A stretch of DNA of 32,852 nt from positions 1-32,852 of the forward strand of contig JANTFL010000018.1 in NCBI GenBank assembly GCA_024763455.1. Direction: 5' to 3'. The position numbers were made by a program, and so were the translations under genes. This DNA comes from Sediminispirochaeta sp. (GTDB lineage Bacteria > Spirochaetota > Spirochaetia > B11-G9). Below are positions 1-8,500 of this stretch, in pieces (within the stretch, counting starts at the first letter, position 1; each line of letters opens with the position of its first letter). The notes below the pieces were generated by a model that worked only from the letters and a program-made list of their open reading frames with translations, was not told the DNA's origin and ran no database searches.

Positions 1-1077
1 ATGGCTATTATAATCTTCCTTTTTATGTTCATGGCGGCATTTCTCGGAGTGTACGAAGGACTTGTACCTCTGATTGTTTTCATTATTCCCCTGTCCTACT
101 CCTTAGGGTGGGATTCTCTTACTGGACTGGGGATGAGCCTGCTGGCCCTTGCCTTCGGATTCTCTGCAGCGGTAACAAACCCATTTACCATTGCAGTGGC
201 CCAGAAGATTGCCGAACTCCCCCTGTTTTCCGGGGCCTGGCTCAGAATCATATTCTTTGTACTAGTTTATTTTGTTGTTTATTTATTTGTTTCCATCCAT
301 GCTAAAAGAGTCGAGAAAAACCCTGAAAGCTCTCCTGTATACAAACTGGACAAACCTTTAAGGGACCGGCTTGAAGCACTGGAGGAATTTGAATCTACCG
401 AAGGTGATAAATCAGCCATGCGGAGAGCAATAATCTGGTTTTCAGCATGCCTATTCCTAGCCCTGGGTTTTGTTGTTGTTTCATCCTTTATTCCGGGAAT
501 TAGTGATTATGCTTTTCCCCTTATGGGACTGCTATTTCTCATCGGAGGCGTCGGGAGTGGTTTTTTTGCAGGTCTTACGGGGGGACAGATTACCCGGATA
601 TTCGGGAAAGGAACACTTAACATTCTTCCTGGGATTATTCTCATTCTAATGGCATACAGTGTTAAATACATAATAGATCAGGGGCAGATAACTGATACAA
701 TCCTTTACTCAGCCTCCCAAAAAATTGCCGGAGCTTCAGCAACCGGAGCAGTGTTTCTTATTTACGCCCTAACCCTCTTTATGAACTTTTTCATCGGCTC
801 AGCCTCAGCAAAGGCTTTTTTAATGATGCCTATTCTCAGCCCTCTGTCAGATCTTGTTCATATTACCCGACAGACTGCTGTTCTTGCATTCGATTTTGGT
901 GACGGTTTCAGCAATATGATCTACCCATCCAACGCCCTGCTTCTTATTGCCCTAGGATTTACCGTTGTCAGTTATCCCAAGTGGATAAGGTGGACGCTGA
1001 AATTACAGGTACTGATGCTGGTGATTACCAGTATTTTCCTGGTAATTGCAGTAAAAATAGGGTTCGGTCCTTTTTAA
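1..1077 (+). CDS. C-terminal part of a polytopic membrane transporter, YfcC/ArcD-like (C4-dicarboxylate anaerobic carrier superfamily). The 5' end is truncated by the window edge.
   Basis: The ORF is open from base 1 and stops at TAA 1075-1077. It is very hydrophobic with many TM segments. Full-length family members are about 450-500 aa, so the N-terminus lies outside the window. The family call is from overall resemblance only. Confidence 0.5.
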   Translation: MAIIIFLFMFMAAFLGVYEGLVPLIVFIIPLSYSLGWDSLTGLGMSLLALAFGFSAAVTNPFTIAVAQKIAELPLFSGAWLRIIFFVLVYFVVYLFVSIHAKRVEKNPESSPVYKLDKPLRDRLEALEEFESTEGDKSAMRRAIIWFSACLFLALGFVVVSSFIPGISDYAFPLMGLLFLIGGVGSGFFAGLTGGQITRIFGKGTLNILPGIILILMAYSVKYIIDQGQITDTILYSASQKIAGASATGAVFLIYALTLFMNFFIGSASAKAFLMMPILSPLSDLVHITRQTAVLAFDFGDGFSNMIYPSNALLLIALGFTVVSYPKWIRWTLKLQVLMLVITSIFLVIAVKIGFGPF

Positions 1078-1088
1078 CTAACTTTTTA

Positions 1089-1130
1089 GGGTTTATGGGG
1101 ACGGAGGGTTTATGGGGACGGAGCTATTCG
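1089..1130 (+). repeat. Perfect tandem direct repeat 2 x 18 bp, GGGTTTATGGGGACGGAG (1089-1106 and 1107-1124), followed by CTATTCG. This is the left copy of a short interspersed repeat with core GGGACGGAGC.
   Basis: Read directly: gggtttatggggacggag gggtttatggggacggag ctattcg. It lies in the intergenic gap between the YfcC-like gene and the NUDIX gene. Confidence 0.9.
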
Positions 1131-1280
1131 TGAATTTAAATTATACTCAAACTAGAACACGAAACAGGTTGTCGTTTCCACTTTTAAGCATTTATCTAGC
1201 AATGGTTTCAATTCCATGTAGATGGTAGAGATAACATCATTCTTTTTTTATCTATTCTCATTTTTAACCTGCTGGTAAGT

Positions 1281-1841
1281 TTATATACCCTTCCTCCACC
1301 TGTTATAAAAAGCCAGTGCCATCATCATAACACCGTTCGAATAGTGCTCCGTCCCCATTTTCTTCTGAATCTCTTTAACAGGAATCTTGTGAATATGGAT
1401 AAACTCGTCATCATCAAGGTTTTGCTTTGCAACCAGTTCTAGATTAAAAGCAGCGAAGGTGTGGGTAAGGTTGTCCATAAAAGCGGGATTGGGAGAAACA
1501 GAACCCAGATTTATCAAGTTCCCAGCCATGTATCCTGTCTCTTCGATAAGTTCGCGCAGTGCGGCATTTTCAGGTGATTCTCCCTCATCCACGATCCCTG
1601 CCGGGAATTCCAGAGTAATACTGCTGCTACCATGGCGGAACTGTTCCACTATCAGAAAACATTCATCCCCATGTTCATCCGTGAGCACTGGAATTACTGT
1701 TACCCAGTCTGGAGCATCGAGAATGAAGAAGCGCCGCTCCCTTCCAACCGGTGAAAGCCTGCTTACTTCATACAAATCAAATATCCTGCAGCTGTTCAGT
1801 TTTTTGCGATCAAGATCTTTCCAAATTAGTTTTTTGCTCAT
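1281..1841 (-). CDS. NUDIX hydrolase (ADP-ribose pyrophosphatase-like).
   Basis: It has a perfect Nudix box, GIVDEGESPENAALRELIEETGY (G-x5-E-x7-REUxEExGU). The ORF track extends to a TTG at 1850. The ATG at 1839-1841 (MSKKLIWK...) is the more likely start. There is no strong SD. Confidence 0.85.
   Translation of the reverse strand: MSKKLIWKDLDRKKLNSCRIFDLYEVSRLSPVGRERRFFILDAPDWVTVIPVLTDEHGDECFLIVEQFRHGSSSITLEFPAGIVDEGESPENAALRELIEETGYMAGNLINLGSVSPNPAFMDNLTHTFAAFNLELVAKQNLDDDEFIHIHKIPVKEIQKKMGTEHYSNGVMMMALAFYNRWRKGI
1341..1362 (-). repeat. Inverted copy of the 1107-1130 repeat, reading ATGGGGACGGAGCACTATTCG on the minus strand. It is embedded in the last codons of the NUDIX gene, where it encodes ...KMGTEHYSN...
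   Basis: The minus strand of 1341-1362 is GAAAATGGGGACGGAGCACTAT, continuing TCGAACGG. The copy at 1112-1130 is ATGGGGACGGAGCTATTCG. Identity is 19 of 21 with a 2-nt indel. Together the two form terminal inverted repeats spanning 1112..1362. Confidence 0.8.
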
Positions 1842-2009
1842 GGTAAACAAGGATACAGGAAATAAATCTATTTTTCTATTCAGAATTTAAAAAAATACAA
1901 CTATATATGGATTTATACTTCATTATATTTTCAGCTTTTTACTGCACTCGGTTTTTTTGACTTGAGCACACCGTTTGAGGCTGTAGGATTTAATCTTAAA
2001 ACTATATTT

Positions 2010-2546
2010 TTAATCAGGCTTATTGTTGGAATGTTTTCTATAATATAATTCACCCCATAATATCTTAAGGACTCTATTAGGAGGTCTTTCCAATATTCCT
2101 GGTAATCCTTTCTGTAGATAGTATATACCGCTGAAAAAATAATCTGTAGGGAAACCAACAATACCTGCTTTAACCGGATTGTTTGAAATATAAATAAAGG
2201 TATGCAAATACTGTCGGAAATCAATTATTACTTTACTTTTAAATCTGTCATACCAAACATGGCCATGCAGATTAAATTTTCTGTTATATGTCTGAGCAAA
2301 CACACCAAGAAGCCACCTCATTATAGCTGACAAACTCTCATCTTTCATGGGTTTCATTATAAAATGAATATGATTATTCATTATACAGTAATTACTTATT
2401 TGAAAACGGTATTTCTGCTTGGCTCTTTTCAAAATAGACATAAACATTTTTTTGATGAATATCGTCTGGAGAAGATATTCCTGCCTATTTATTCGGGCAT
2501 AGACATGATAACTGGCCCCTTCTTTCAATTCTCTTCGCTTCCTCAT
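2010..2546 (-). mobile_element. IS200/IS605-family Y1 (HUH) transposase-like gene of the RAYT/TnpA_REP type (COG1943-like). It is solitary, with no recognisable IS ends.
   Basis: The 178-aa product carries an HuH motif (NHIHFIM), a conserved KG/serine-rich stretch (SLSAIMRWLLGVFAQTYNRKF), a catalytic-Tyr region (HVWYDRFKSKVI, the W..RF..D variant typical of RAYT-like proteins) and YISNNPVKAG. The gene is strongly AT-rich compared with its flanks. Confidence 0.75.
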
Positions 2547-2599
2547 ACTCCCAAATACAGAGAAAATCCCTTTCCTGCTTCAAACTTATCCCACTTTCT

Positions 2600-2616
2600 T
2601 GCTCCGTCCCTTTTTA
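2600..2616 (-). repeat. Core copy of the short repeat (minus strand AAAAAGGGACGGAGCAAG), 54 bp upstream of the RAYT start. It is paired with an imperfect inverted partner at 2665-2681 (AAAAAGGACGGTAC) across the GT promoter.
   Basis: gctccgtccc at 2601-2610. The partner gives CCGTCC + T5 arms with a 1-nt indel. The two flank the TTGACG/TAGAAT promoter. Confidence 0.6.
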
Positions 2617-2620
2617 ATCC

Positions 2621-2649
2621 TTGACGTATAGCAATTTTCCGTTAGAATA
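2621..2649 (+). promoter_or_regulatory. Sigma70-like promoter for the first glycosyltransferase gene: -35 TTGACG (2621-2626), 17-nt spacer, -10 TAGAAT (2644-2649).
   Basis: Hexamers and spacing read directly. An AAGGA RBS sits at 2672-2676, before the ATG at 2686. Confidence 0.5.
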
Positions 2650-2685
2650 CGAGTAATAAACGTTATCAAAAAGGACGGTACTTCC

Positions 2686-3945
2686 ATGAAAAAGCGGAAC
2701 GTTGGGTTTATTTCATTCAGGATTTCAGGTACTGACGGTGTCTCACTTGAAACAAAGAAGTGGGCCGATATCTTTGAAAAATGGGGATACAGGAACTATT
2801 ATATGGCAGGTGAACTCGATACTCCTGAAGAAAACTCGTTTATTGTACCCGAGACACACTTCAAGCATCCTGAATCAATGCGCCTTTACAAACAGTGCTT
2901 CAACGGCACAGATACCCGTCCAAGACAACTATCACGGGATATTCATGCTATGAGGGATATGCTTAAAAGTAAAATATATGATTTCATAGAAAAATTCAAA
3001 ATTGATCTTTTAATTCCCCAGAATACACTTACCATTCCTCTTCACATTCCTCTAGCTCTTGCTTTAACAGAGGTAATAGCGGAAACAAATATTCCGGTCA
3101 TCGCACATCACCATGATTTTTTTTGGGAAAGAAAAAGATTTTTAAGAAACTGCGTATGGGACTATCTGAATGCAGCTTATCCCCCTCACCTCAACTCTAT
3201 TCACCATGTTGTAATTAATTCCTCAGCTCAGAACCAACTGGCATTAAGAACGGGGATATCGTCTACCCTTATTCCAAATGTCATGAACTTTGAAAATCCT
3301 CATCCTCCTATAGATGAATATAACAGCAATGTTAGAGAGGAACTGGGTATAGCAGAAGATGAATTATTTGTGCTTCAACCCACACGGGTAGTTCAAAGAA
3401 AAGGGATTGAGCATGCTATAGAACTTGTTGCCCGGATGAAACGCAAATCTGTTCTGGTAATAAGCCATGCATCAGGTGACGAGGGTTATGAATACGAGCA
3501 GAGAGTGAAGGAATTTGCTGATCTGTTAAAGATTCGGGCGTTATTCGTGGATCACCGGATTGGAGACAGCCGGGGGACAACAAAAGACGGGAAAAAGATC
3601 TACACTCTGGAAGATATCTACCCTCATGCAGATCTTGTAACCTACCCTTCCCTGCAGGAAGGGTTTGGCAATGCATTTCTCGAAGCGGTATACTTTAAAA
3701 AACCTATTCTCGTAAATAACTATTCTATTTATTCCTATGACATTAAACCAAAGGGATTTGAAGCCATTGAGATGGACAACTTTATTTCTGATAAAACAGT
3801 AAGTGAAATGAATGCACTCCTTGATAATCCTGGCAGGATAAAAAAGATCACCGAAAAAAACTATGAGCTTAGCCTGAAATACTATTCATATACAGTGCTG
3901 GAACACAAGCTTAAAGAGATAGTTTCCAATATCTGGGGCAGATAG
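2686..3945 (+). CDS. GT-B fold glycosyltransferase, family 4-like (419 aa).
   Basis: C-terminal EX7E-type motif (LQEGFGNAFLEAVYFKKP) and an HHHDFFWERKRF block. It is homologous along its whole length to the next ORF. The acceptor specificity cannot be told from sequence (glycolipid versus compatible-solute synthase). Confidence 0.7.
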   Translation: MKKRNVGFISFRISGTDGVSLETKKWADIFEKWGYRNYYMAGELDTPEENSFIVPETHFKHPESMRLYKQCFNGTDTRPRQLSRDIHAMRDMLKSKIYDFIEKFKIDLLIPQNTLTIPLHIPLALALTEVIAETNIPVIAHHHDFFWERKRFLRNCVWDYLNAAYPPHLNSIHHVVINSSAQNQLALRTGISSTLIPNVMNFENPHPPIDEYNSNVREELGIAEDELFVLQPTRVVQRKGIEHAIELVARMKRKSVLVISHASGDEGYEYEQRVKEFADLLKIRALFVDHRIGDSRGTTKDGKKIYTLEDIYPHADLVTYPSLQEGFGNAFLEAVYFKKPILVNNYSIYSYDIKPKGFEAIEMDNFISDKTVSEMNALLDNPGRIKKITEKNYELSLKYYSYTVLEHKLKEIVSNIWGR

Positions 3946-3950
3946 CAAGA

Positions 3951-5486
3951 ATGCACATCACAATATTCCATTATCACTTGTTACCGGGGGGGGTTACCCA
4001 GGTAATACTATCCTCGGTAGTGAGTATGCTGAAATATATCCCGGAAATAACCGGGATAACACTGGTAAGTGGTAGAGAAGAGAATACAGAAAATGTTCTT
4101 GGCGAAATAAGAGACAATGTTCCCTTAAGTATTCGGAATGAGATCAAGGTGGAGATCGTTCAAGAATTACGGTATCTCTCCGATCAACCCTCTGTACCGG
4201 ATACAGAAGAGATGGTCAGGATCTTAACAAAGAGATTCGCTCCCGGCATTTGGTGGATTCATAACTTTCACCTCGGGAAAAACCCGATCTTTACCAAATC
4301 CCTGCTTATTATTGCTGAAACCTGCAAGAACGTCAAAATGATCATGCATATTCATGATTTCCCCGAGTGCGGACGATTCCAGAACATACGTGCTTTAAGA
4401 AGTTATATAAGCGAAGATCTTTATCCGCAATCAAATAACGTGAAGTACGCAGTAATAAACAGCAGAGACAAACAGCTTCTTGCAGAAGCCGGAATACACA
4501 AGGAATCAATATTCCTACTGGATAACCCGGTAAAAAAGACCGATCCTTTACCTTTTAGACCTGATACATACACAAAGATGGACAATTTTTTTTCGGGGAC
4601 GGAGCATTCATACATCCCCAAAGCACCGATACTCATTTATCCCGTCAGGTCCATCCGTAGGAAGAATACTCTCGAGGCAGGGCTGCTGAGCAGACTACTT
4701 GTCCGTGAAACCAACCTCTTTGTCACTCTTCCGGGGACTTCGGAATCGGAAAAAGAGTATTCAAATATGGTCGAATATGCTTTTAAGGAAAATTTAATTC
4801 CCGGTGTTTTTGCCTCCGGACTAAAAGGGCAGGAGAATGGGTTTTCTTTTTTGGAACAGGTTGCTGTAAGCAGCGGTATCATTTCATCTTCGGTTCAGGA
4901 AGGGTTTGGATACCTATTTATCAATGCTCTTCAGTGGGAGAAACCCCTCTTTGCCAGGTACCTCGATGTACTAAGAGGGACGGAGCACTTGTTTGAACAC
5001 CAACAGGCTGGATTCTATAGAGAAGTCAAAATTCCAATGAATCCTGAAGAAAAAAATGAGCTTAGGGAAAATTACAAGGAGCACTTTAAGAGAGTTTCAG
5101 CAATATATCCCACGCTGAATATCGCGAGCCTTTTAAAAGAGCTTGAGGGTATGCTGAAGGAGGAGTTTATTGATTTTTCCTACCTTTCCCCTGGAATGCA
5201 GTTGGATACTTTAAAAAAGTTACATGACAGAAGCTTCCTAAACGAAGTAAGATATATGAATAAAGAGCTTTTAGACAGATTTGAAGCGATCCTCTCCAAT
5301 GATTTTACAGAAGGAGAAGAACCTGGTCTCGAACGTTTCTCGCTTCAACAGCATGCATCAACAATAAAGAACATACTCTTCGCCCCAATATCCGGAGTAC
5401 ACACTGCTAAAAACAGTCAAGTCAGCTCCAATTTGTTAGCATTATTTACAAAAATGGAATATTTTAAATTACTCTATTCACAATAA
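3951..5486 (+). CDS. GT4-like glycosyltransferase paralog (511 aa) with a ~150-aa C-terminal extension of unknown function. It contains a G8 tract near its 5' end and two copies of the GGGACGGAGC repeat.
   Basis: SSVQEGFGYLFINALQWEKP, HIHDFPECGRFQN and VINS blocks align with the upstream GT. The ATG at 3951 lies 5 nt after the upstream stop. Confidence 0.65.
   Translation: MHITIFHYHLLPGGVTQVILSSVVSMLKYIPEITGITLVSGREENTENVLGEIRDNVPLSIRNEIKVEIVQELRYLSDQPSVPDTEEMVRILTKRFAPGIWWIHNFHLGKNPIFTKSLLIIAETCKNVKMIMHIHDFPECGRFQNIRALRSYISEDLYPQSNNVKYAVINSRDKQLLAEAGIHKESIFLLDNPVKKTDPLPFRPDTYTKMDNFFSGTEHSYIPKAPILIYPVRSIRRKNTLEAGLLSRLLVRETNLFVTLPGTSESEKEYSNMVEYAFKENLIPGVFASGLKGQENGFSFLEQVAVSSGIISSSVQEGFGYLFINALQWEKPLFARYLDVLRGTEHLFEHQQAGFYREVKIPMNPEEKNELRENYKEHFKRVSAIYPTLNIASLLKELEGMLKEEFIDFSYLSPGMQLDTLKKLHDRSFLNEVRYMNKELLDRFEAILSNDFTEGEEPGLERFSLQQHASTIKNILFAPISGVHTAKNSQVSSNLLALFTKMEYFKLLYSQ
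3986..3993 (+). repeat. Homopolymeric G8 tract inside the glycosyltransferase coding sequence (codons 12-15, ...L P G G V T...). Candidate slipped-strand phase-variation site.
   Basis: ttaccgggggggggttaccc: eight consecutive G at 3986-3993. It is in-frame (ON) as sequenced. It is flanked by a TTACC direct repeat. Confidence 0.6.
4591..4611 (+). repeat. Copy of the short repeat (TTTTTTTCGGGGACGGAGCATTCA) inside the GT coding sequence, encoding ..SGTEHSY..
   Basis: It matches the 1107-1130 copy over about 20 nt with 2 indels or mismatches. Confidence 0.7.
4972..4990 (+). repeat. Copy of the short repeat (AGAGGGACGGAGCACTTG) inside the GT coding sequence, encoding ..RGTEHLF.. It is the same AC variant as the NUDIX-embedded copy.
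   Basis: The 13-mer GGGACGGAGCACT is identical to the 1341-1362 copy. Confidence 0.7.
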
Positions 5487-5523
5487 TTTAAATATTTTCT
5501 TAAGAAACAGAAAGTCTTTCGCC

Positions 5524-5552
5524 TTGCCTATACCGTTATAAAACTTTATAAT
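5524..5552 (+). promoter_or_regulatory. Candidate sigma70 promoter of the PFOR gene: -35 TTGCCT (5524-5529), 17-nt spacer, -10 TATAAT (5547-5552).
   Basis: Read directly. A second TATAAT at 5574-5579 is too close to the ATG. The RBS AGAGGGA precedes the ATG at 5591. Confidence 0.4.
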
Positions 5553-5590
5553 GTGTACGTATAAAAATAAATTATAATAGAGGGATTACT

Positions 5591-8500
5591 ATGTCTAAAA
5601 AAAAGATGGTTACTATTGATGGTAATACAGCTGCTGCGCATGTAGCGTACGCATTCAGTGAAGTAGCTGCTATCTTTCCCATTACTCCGTCATCTCCCAT
5701 GGGCGAATATGCCGATGCATGGGCGAGTACAGGATTAAAGAATATCTTCGGCAAAACTGTCGATGTAGTTGAAATGCAGTCTGAAGCAGGTGCTGCCGGT
5801 GCAGTGCATGGTTCATTAAGCGGAGGAGCCCTTACAACAACCTTTACAGCATCACAGGGTCTTTTGCTCATGATTCCGAACATGCACAAAATCGCAGGGG
5901 AAATGCTGCCGACTGTTTTTCATGTTTCAGCACGTTCTCTTGCTGCACAGTCTCTTTCAATTTTTGGAGACCATTCCGATGTTATGTCATGCCGTAATAC
6001 AGGGTTTGCAATGACTGCAGCTTCCTCAATTCAGGAAACAATGGATATGGCACTTGTTGCTCACCTTGCAACACTGAAATCACAGGTACCGTTCCTGAGT
6101 TTCTTTGACGGTTTCAGAACATCCCACGAGATACAGAAGGTCGAAGAGATCTCATTTGAAGATATGAAGAGTCTCCTGGAGCCTGAATATGTAGAAAGAT
6201 TCAGAAAACGGGGGATGAGACCTGAAGAACCTATCATTAAGGTTGCAGCTCAGAATCCGGATGTATATTTTCAGGGCAGAGAAACAGTTAACAAGTACTA
6301 TGATGCCACACCGGCAATTGTTCAGGAGTACATGGACAAAGTTGCAGAACTCACCGGCCGCCAGTACCATCTTTTTGATTACGTCGGGGCACCTGATGCT
6401 GAAAAGGTAATTGTTGCCATGGGAAGCGCCTGCGATACCATTGAGCAGACAGTTGATTACCTTACAGCAAAGGGAGAAAAGGTTGGTGCTATAAAGGTAC
6501 GCCTTTACAGACCATTCTCTGTTGCAGCTCTTGCTTCTGTCGTACCTGCATCCTGTAAGAAAATTGCCGTTCTCGACCGGACCAAAGAACCCGGTGCTAT
6601 TGGTGAACCGCTTTTCCTTGATGTAGTAGCAGCTCTTGCAGGAAAAGATATTAAAATTATAGGCGGACGGTACGGACTTTCAAGTAAAGAGTTCAATCCA
6701 AGCCACGTAAAAGCTGTTTTTGATCATCTTGACGGAAAAGCTTTCCACAATTTTACCGTAGGCATAAACGATGACGTAACAAACCTTTCTCTTGAAGTAA
6801 AAGAGGAAATAGATGTAACACCGAAAGATGTTGTGAGCTGCATGTTCTGGGGACTCGGGGCAGACGGTACAGTCGGCGCTGCCAAAAACTCCATAAAAAT
6901 TATAGGGGGTAATACAGACAAAAATGCCCAGGCGTACTTTGTGTATGACTCAAAGAAATCCGGAGGTATTACCATTTCTCACCTTCGTTTCGGCGACAGT
7001 TCAGTTAATATGCCGTGGCTTATTGACGCAGCCGACTTTGTAGCTTGTCACAACCAGGCATACATCGGCAGATATGATATGCTCGGACCATTGAAGGAAG
7101 GCGGAACGTTCCTGCTTAACTCAATTATTCCTTCATCAGAAGTTTTTGAACATCTGACAAAAGAGATGCAGGATACAATCCGCCGAAAAAAAATAAAGTT
7201 CTACAACATAAATGCATTGAAAATTGCCGAAGAAGCAGGGCTGGGTATGAAAATCAATACCGTAATGCAGGCTGCTTTCTTTAAAATATCTGGAATTATC
7301 CCTGAAGAACAGGCAACCAAACTTATAAAAGACTATATCCATAAATCCTTTATCAAAAAAGGTCAGGATATTGTAGACATGAACTGGGCAGCTGTAGACG
7401 GAGCTTCGGCTGCAGTCGAAGAAGTGGCTATCCCCGACTCAGCCGCAAATGCATATGAACCTCCCAAACTTATTCCGGATGATGCTTCCGATTTTGCCAA
7501 GGACGTAATTCTACCAAGTATGCATCTTAAGGGGGATGACATAGCGGTTTCAAAGATGTCTTTTGACGGCACACTTCCGTTGGGAACAACTGCTTTGGAG
7601 AAAAGAGGTGTTGCAGCATACGTACCCCACTGGATATCCGAAAACTGTATTCAGTGTAACCAGTGTTCAATGGCCTGTCCTCATGCAGCTATACGCGCTA
7701 AACAGATCGCTCCTGAGGATCTCAAAAATGCACCAGCTGCATTCAAACCTATTAAATCAAATACAAAGAACGACAGAGATCTGGCGTTCAAGATTCAGGT
7801 TTACACTGAAGACTGTCAGTCATGCGGTGTTTGTGTTGACGTATGTCCTTCCAAGGAAAAATCTCTTGTTATGAAACCGATACAGGAAGAGAGGGACAAA
7901 GGAGAAATTGAGAATGCAACATTTTTCGATGCTCTCCCTGACAATGTACTGGACGGAATCAAGGAAACAACCTTTAAGGGAACTCAGTTCAAGAAACCGC
8001 TGTTTGAGTTTTCCGGTGCATGCGCAGGATGCGGTGAAACCCCTTATGTAAAACTGGTTTCCCAGATGTACGGTGACAATATGATCGCTGCCAATGCAAC
8101 AGGATGTTCCTCAATCTACGGTGGAACATTTCCTACAATTCCTTATTGTACAACTAAAGATGGACGCGGTCCTGCTTGGGGTAACTCACTCTTCGAAGAC
8201 AACGCAGAGTACGGCCTTGGAATGAGACTTGCCGTTGACAGCAACAGGGAACAGCTGAAAATCTACGTAGATAAGCTCCTGGCGGCAGGTACTTCAGCGG
8301 ACCTTGAAGCTGCAATTAAGAAAAACCTCGAACTGTGGGATGTCAAAGGGCAGGAAGCAGTGGCAGCACAGAACGCAACAGGAAAACTTCTTGAAAAAGA
8401 ACTTTCCTCCGCTTCCGGCGAAAAGAAAGAGATCCTCGCAAAATTGGTTGAACTTAAGGATTACTTTGTGGACAAGAGTGTCTGGATCATCGGCGGTGAT

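Noticed and set aside
108-305. Small alternative-frame or antisense ORFs from the track, for example 108-305, 6152-6370, 8294-8611, 10197-10397, 20400-20840 and 31141-31497.
   Set aside because: They lie wholly inside well-supported genes on another frame or strand, have no RBS, and have low-complexity composition. They are frame artefacts.
1107-1362. Possible diversity-generating retroelement: an intergenic template-like repeat plus a variable copy in a gene's 3' end.
   Set aside because: Similarity is only about 20 bp. There is no reverse transcriptase in the window, and no adenine-specific mismatch pattern.
1900-2009. Looked for IS200/IS605 subterminal hairpins (LE/RE) around the Y1 transposase gene.
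   Set aside because: There are no convincing imperfect palindromes on either flank, so I call it a solitary RAYT-like gene rather than an intact IS.
5553-5560. Shared GTACGTA / ACGTACGT motif immediately downstream of the -10 elements of nifJ and tctC, as a possible common operator.
   Set aside because: Only a 7-mer is shared, which is expected about 4 times by chance in the window. The third promoter region examined lacks it. I kept it only as a note.
7186-7194. A9 tract inside nifJ as a phase-variation site.
   Set aside because: Poly-A tracts of this length are common in AT-moderate genomes and are much less slippage-prone than G/C tracts. nifJ is central metabolism.
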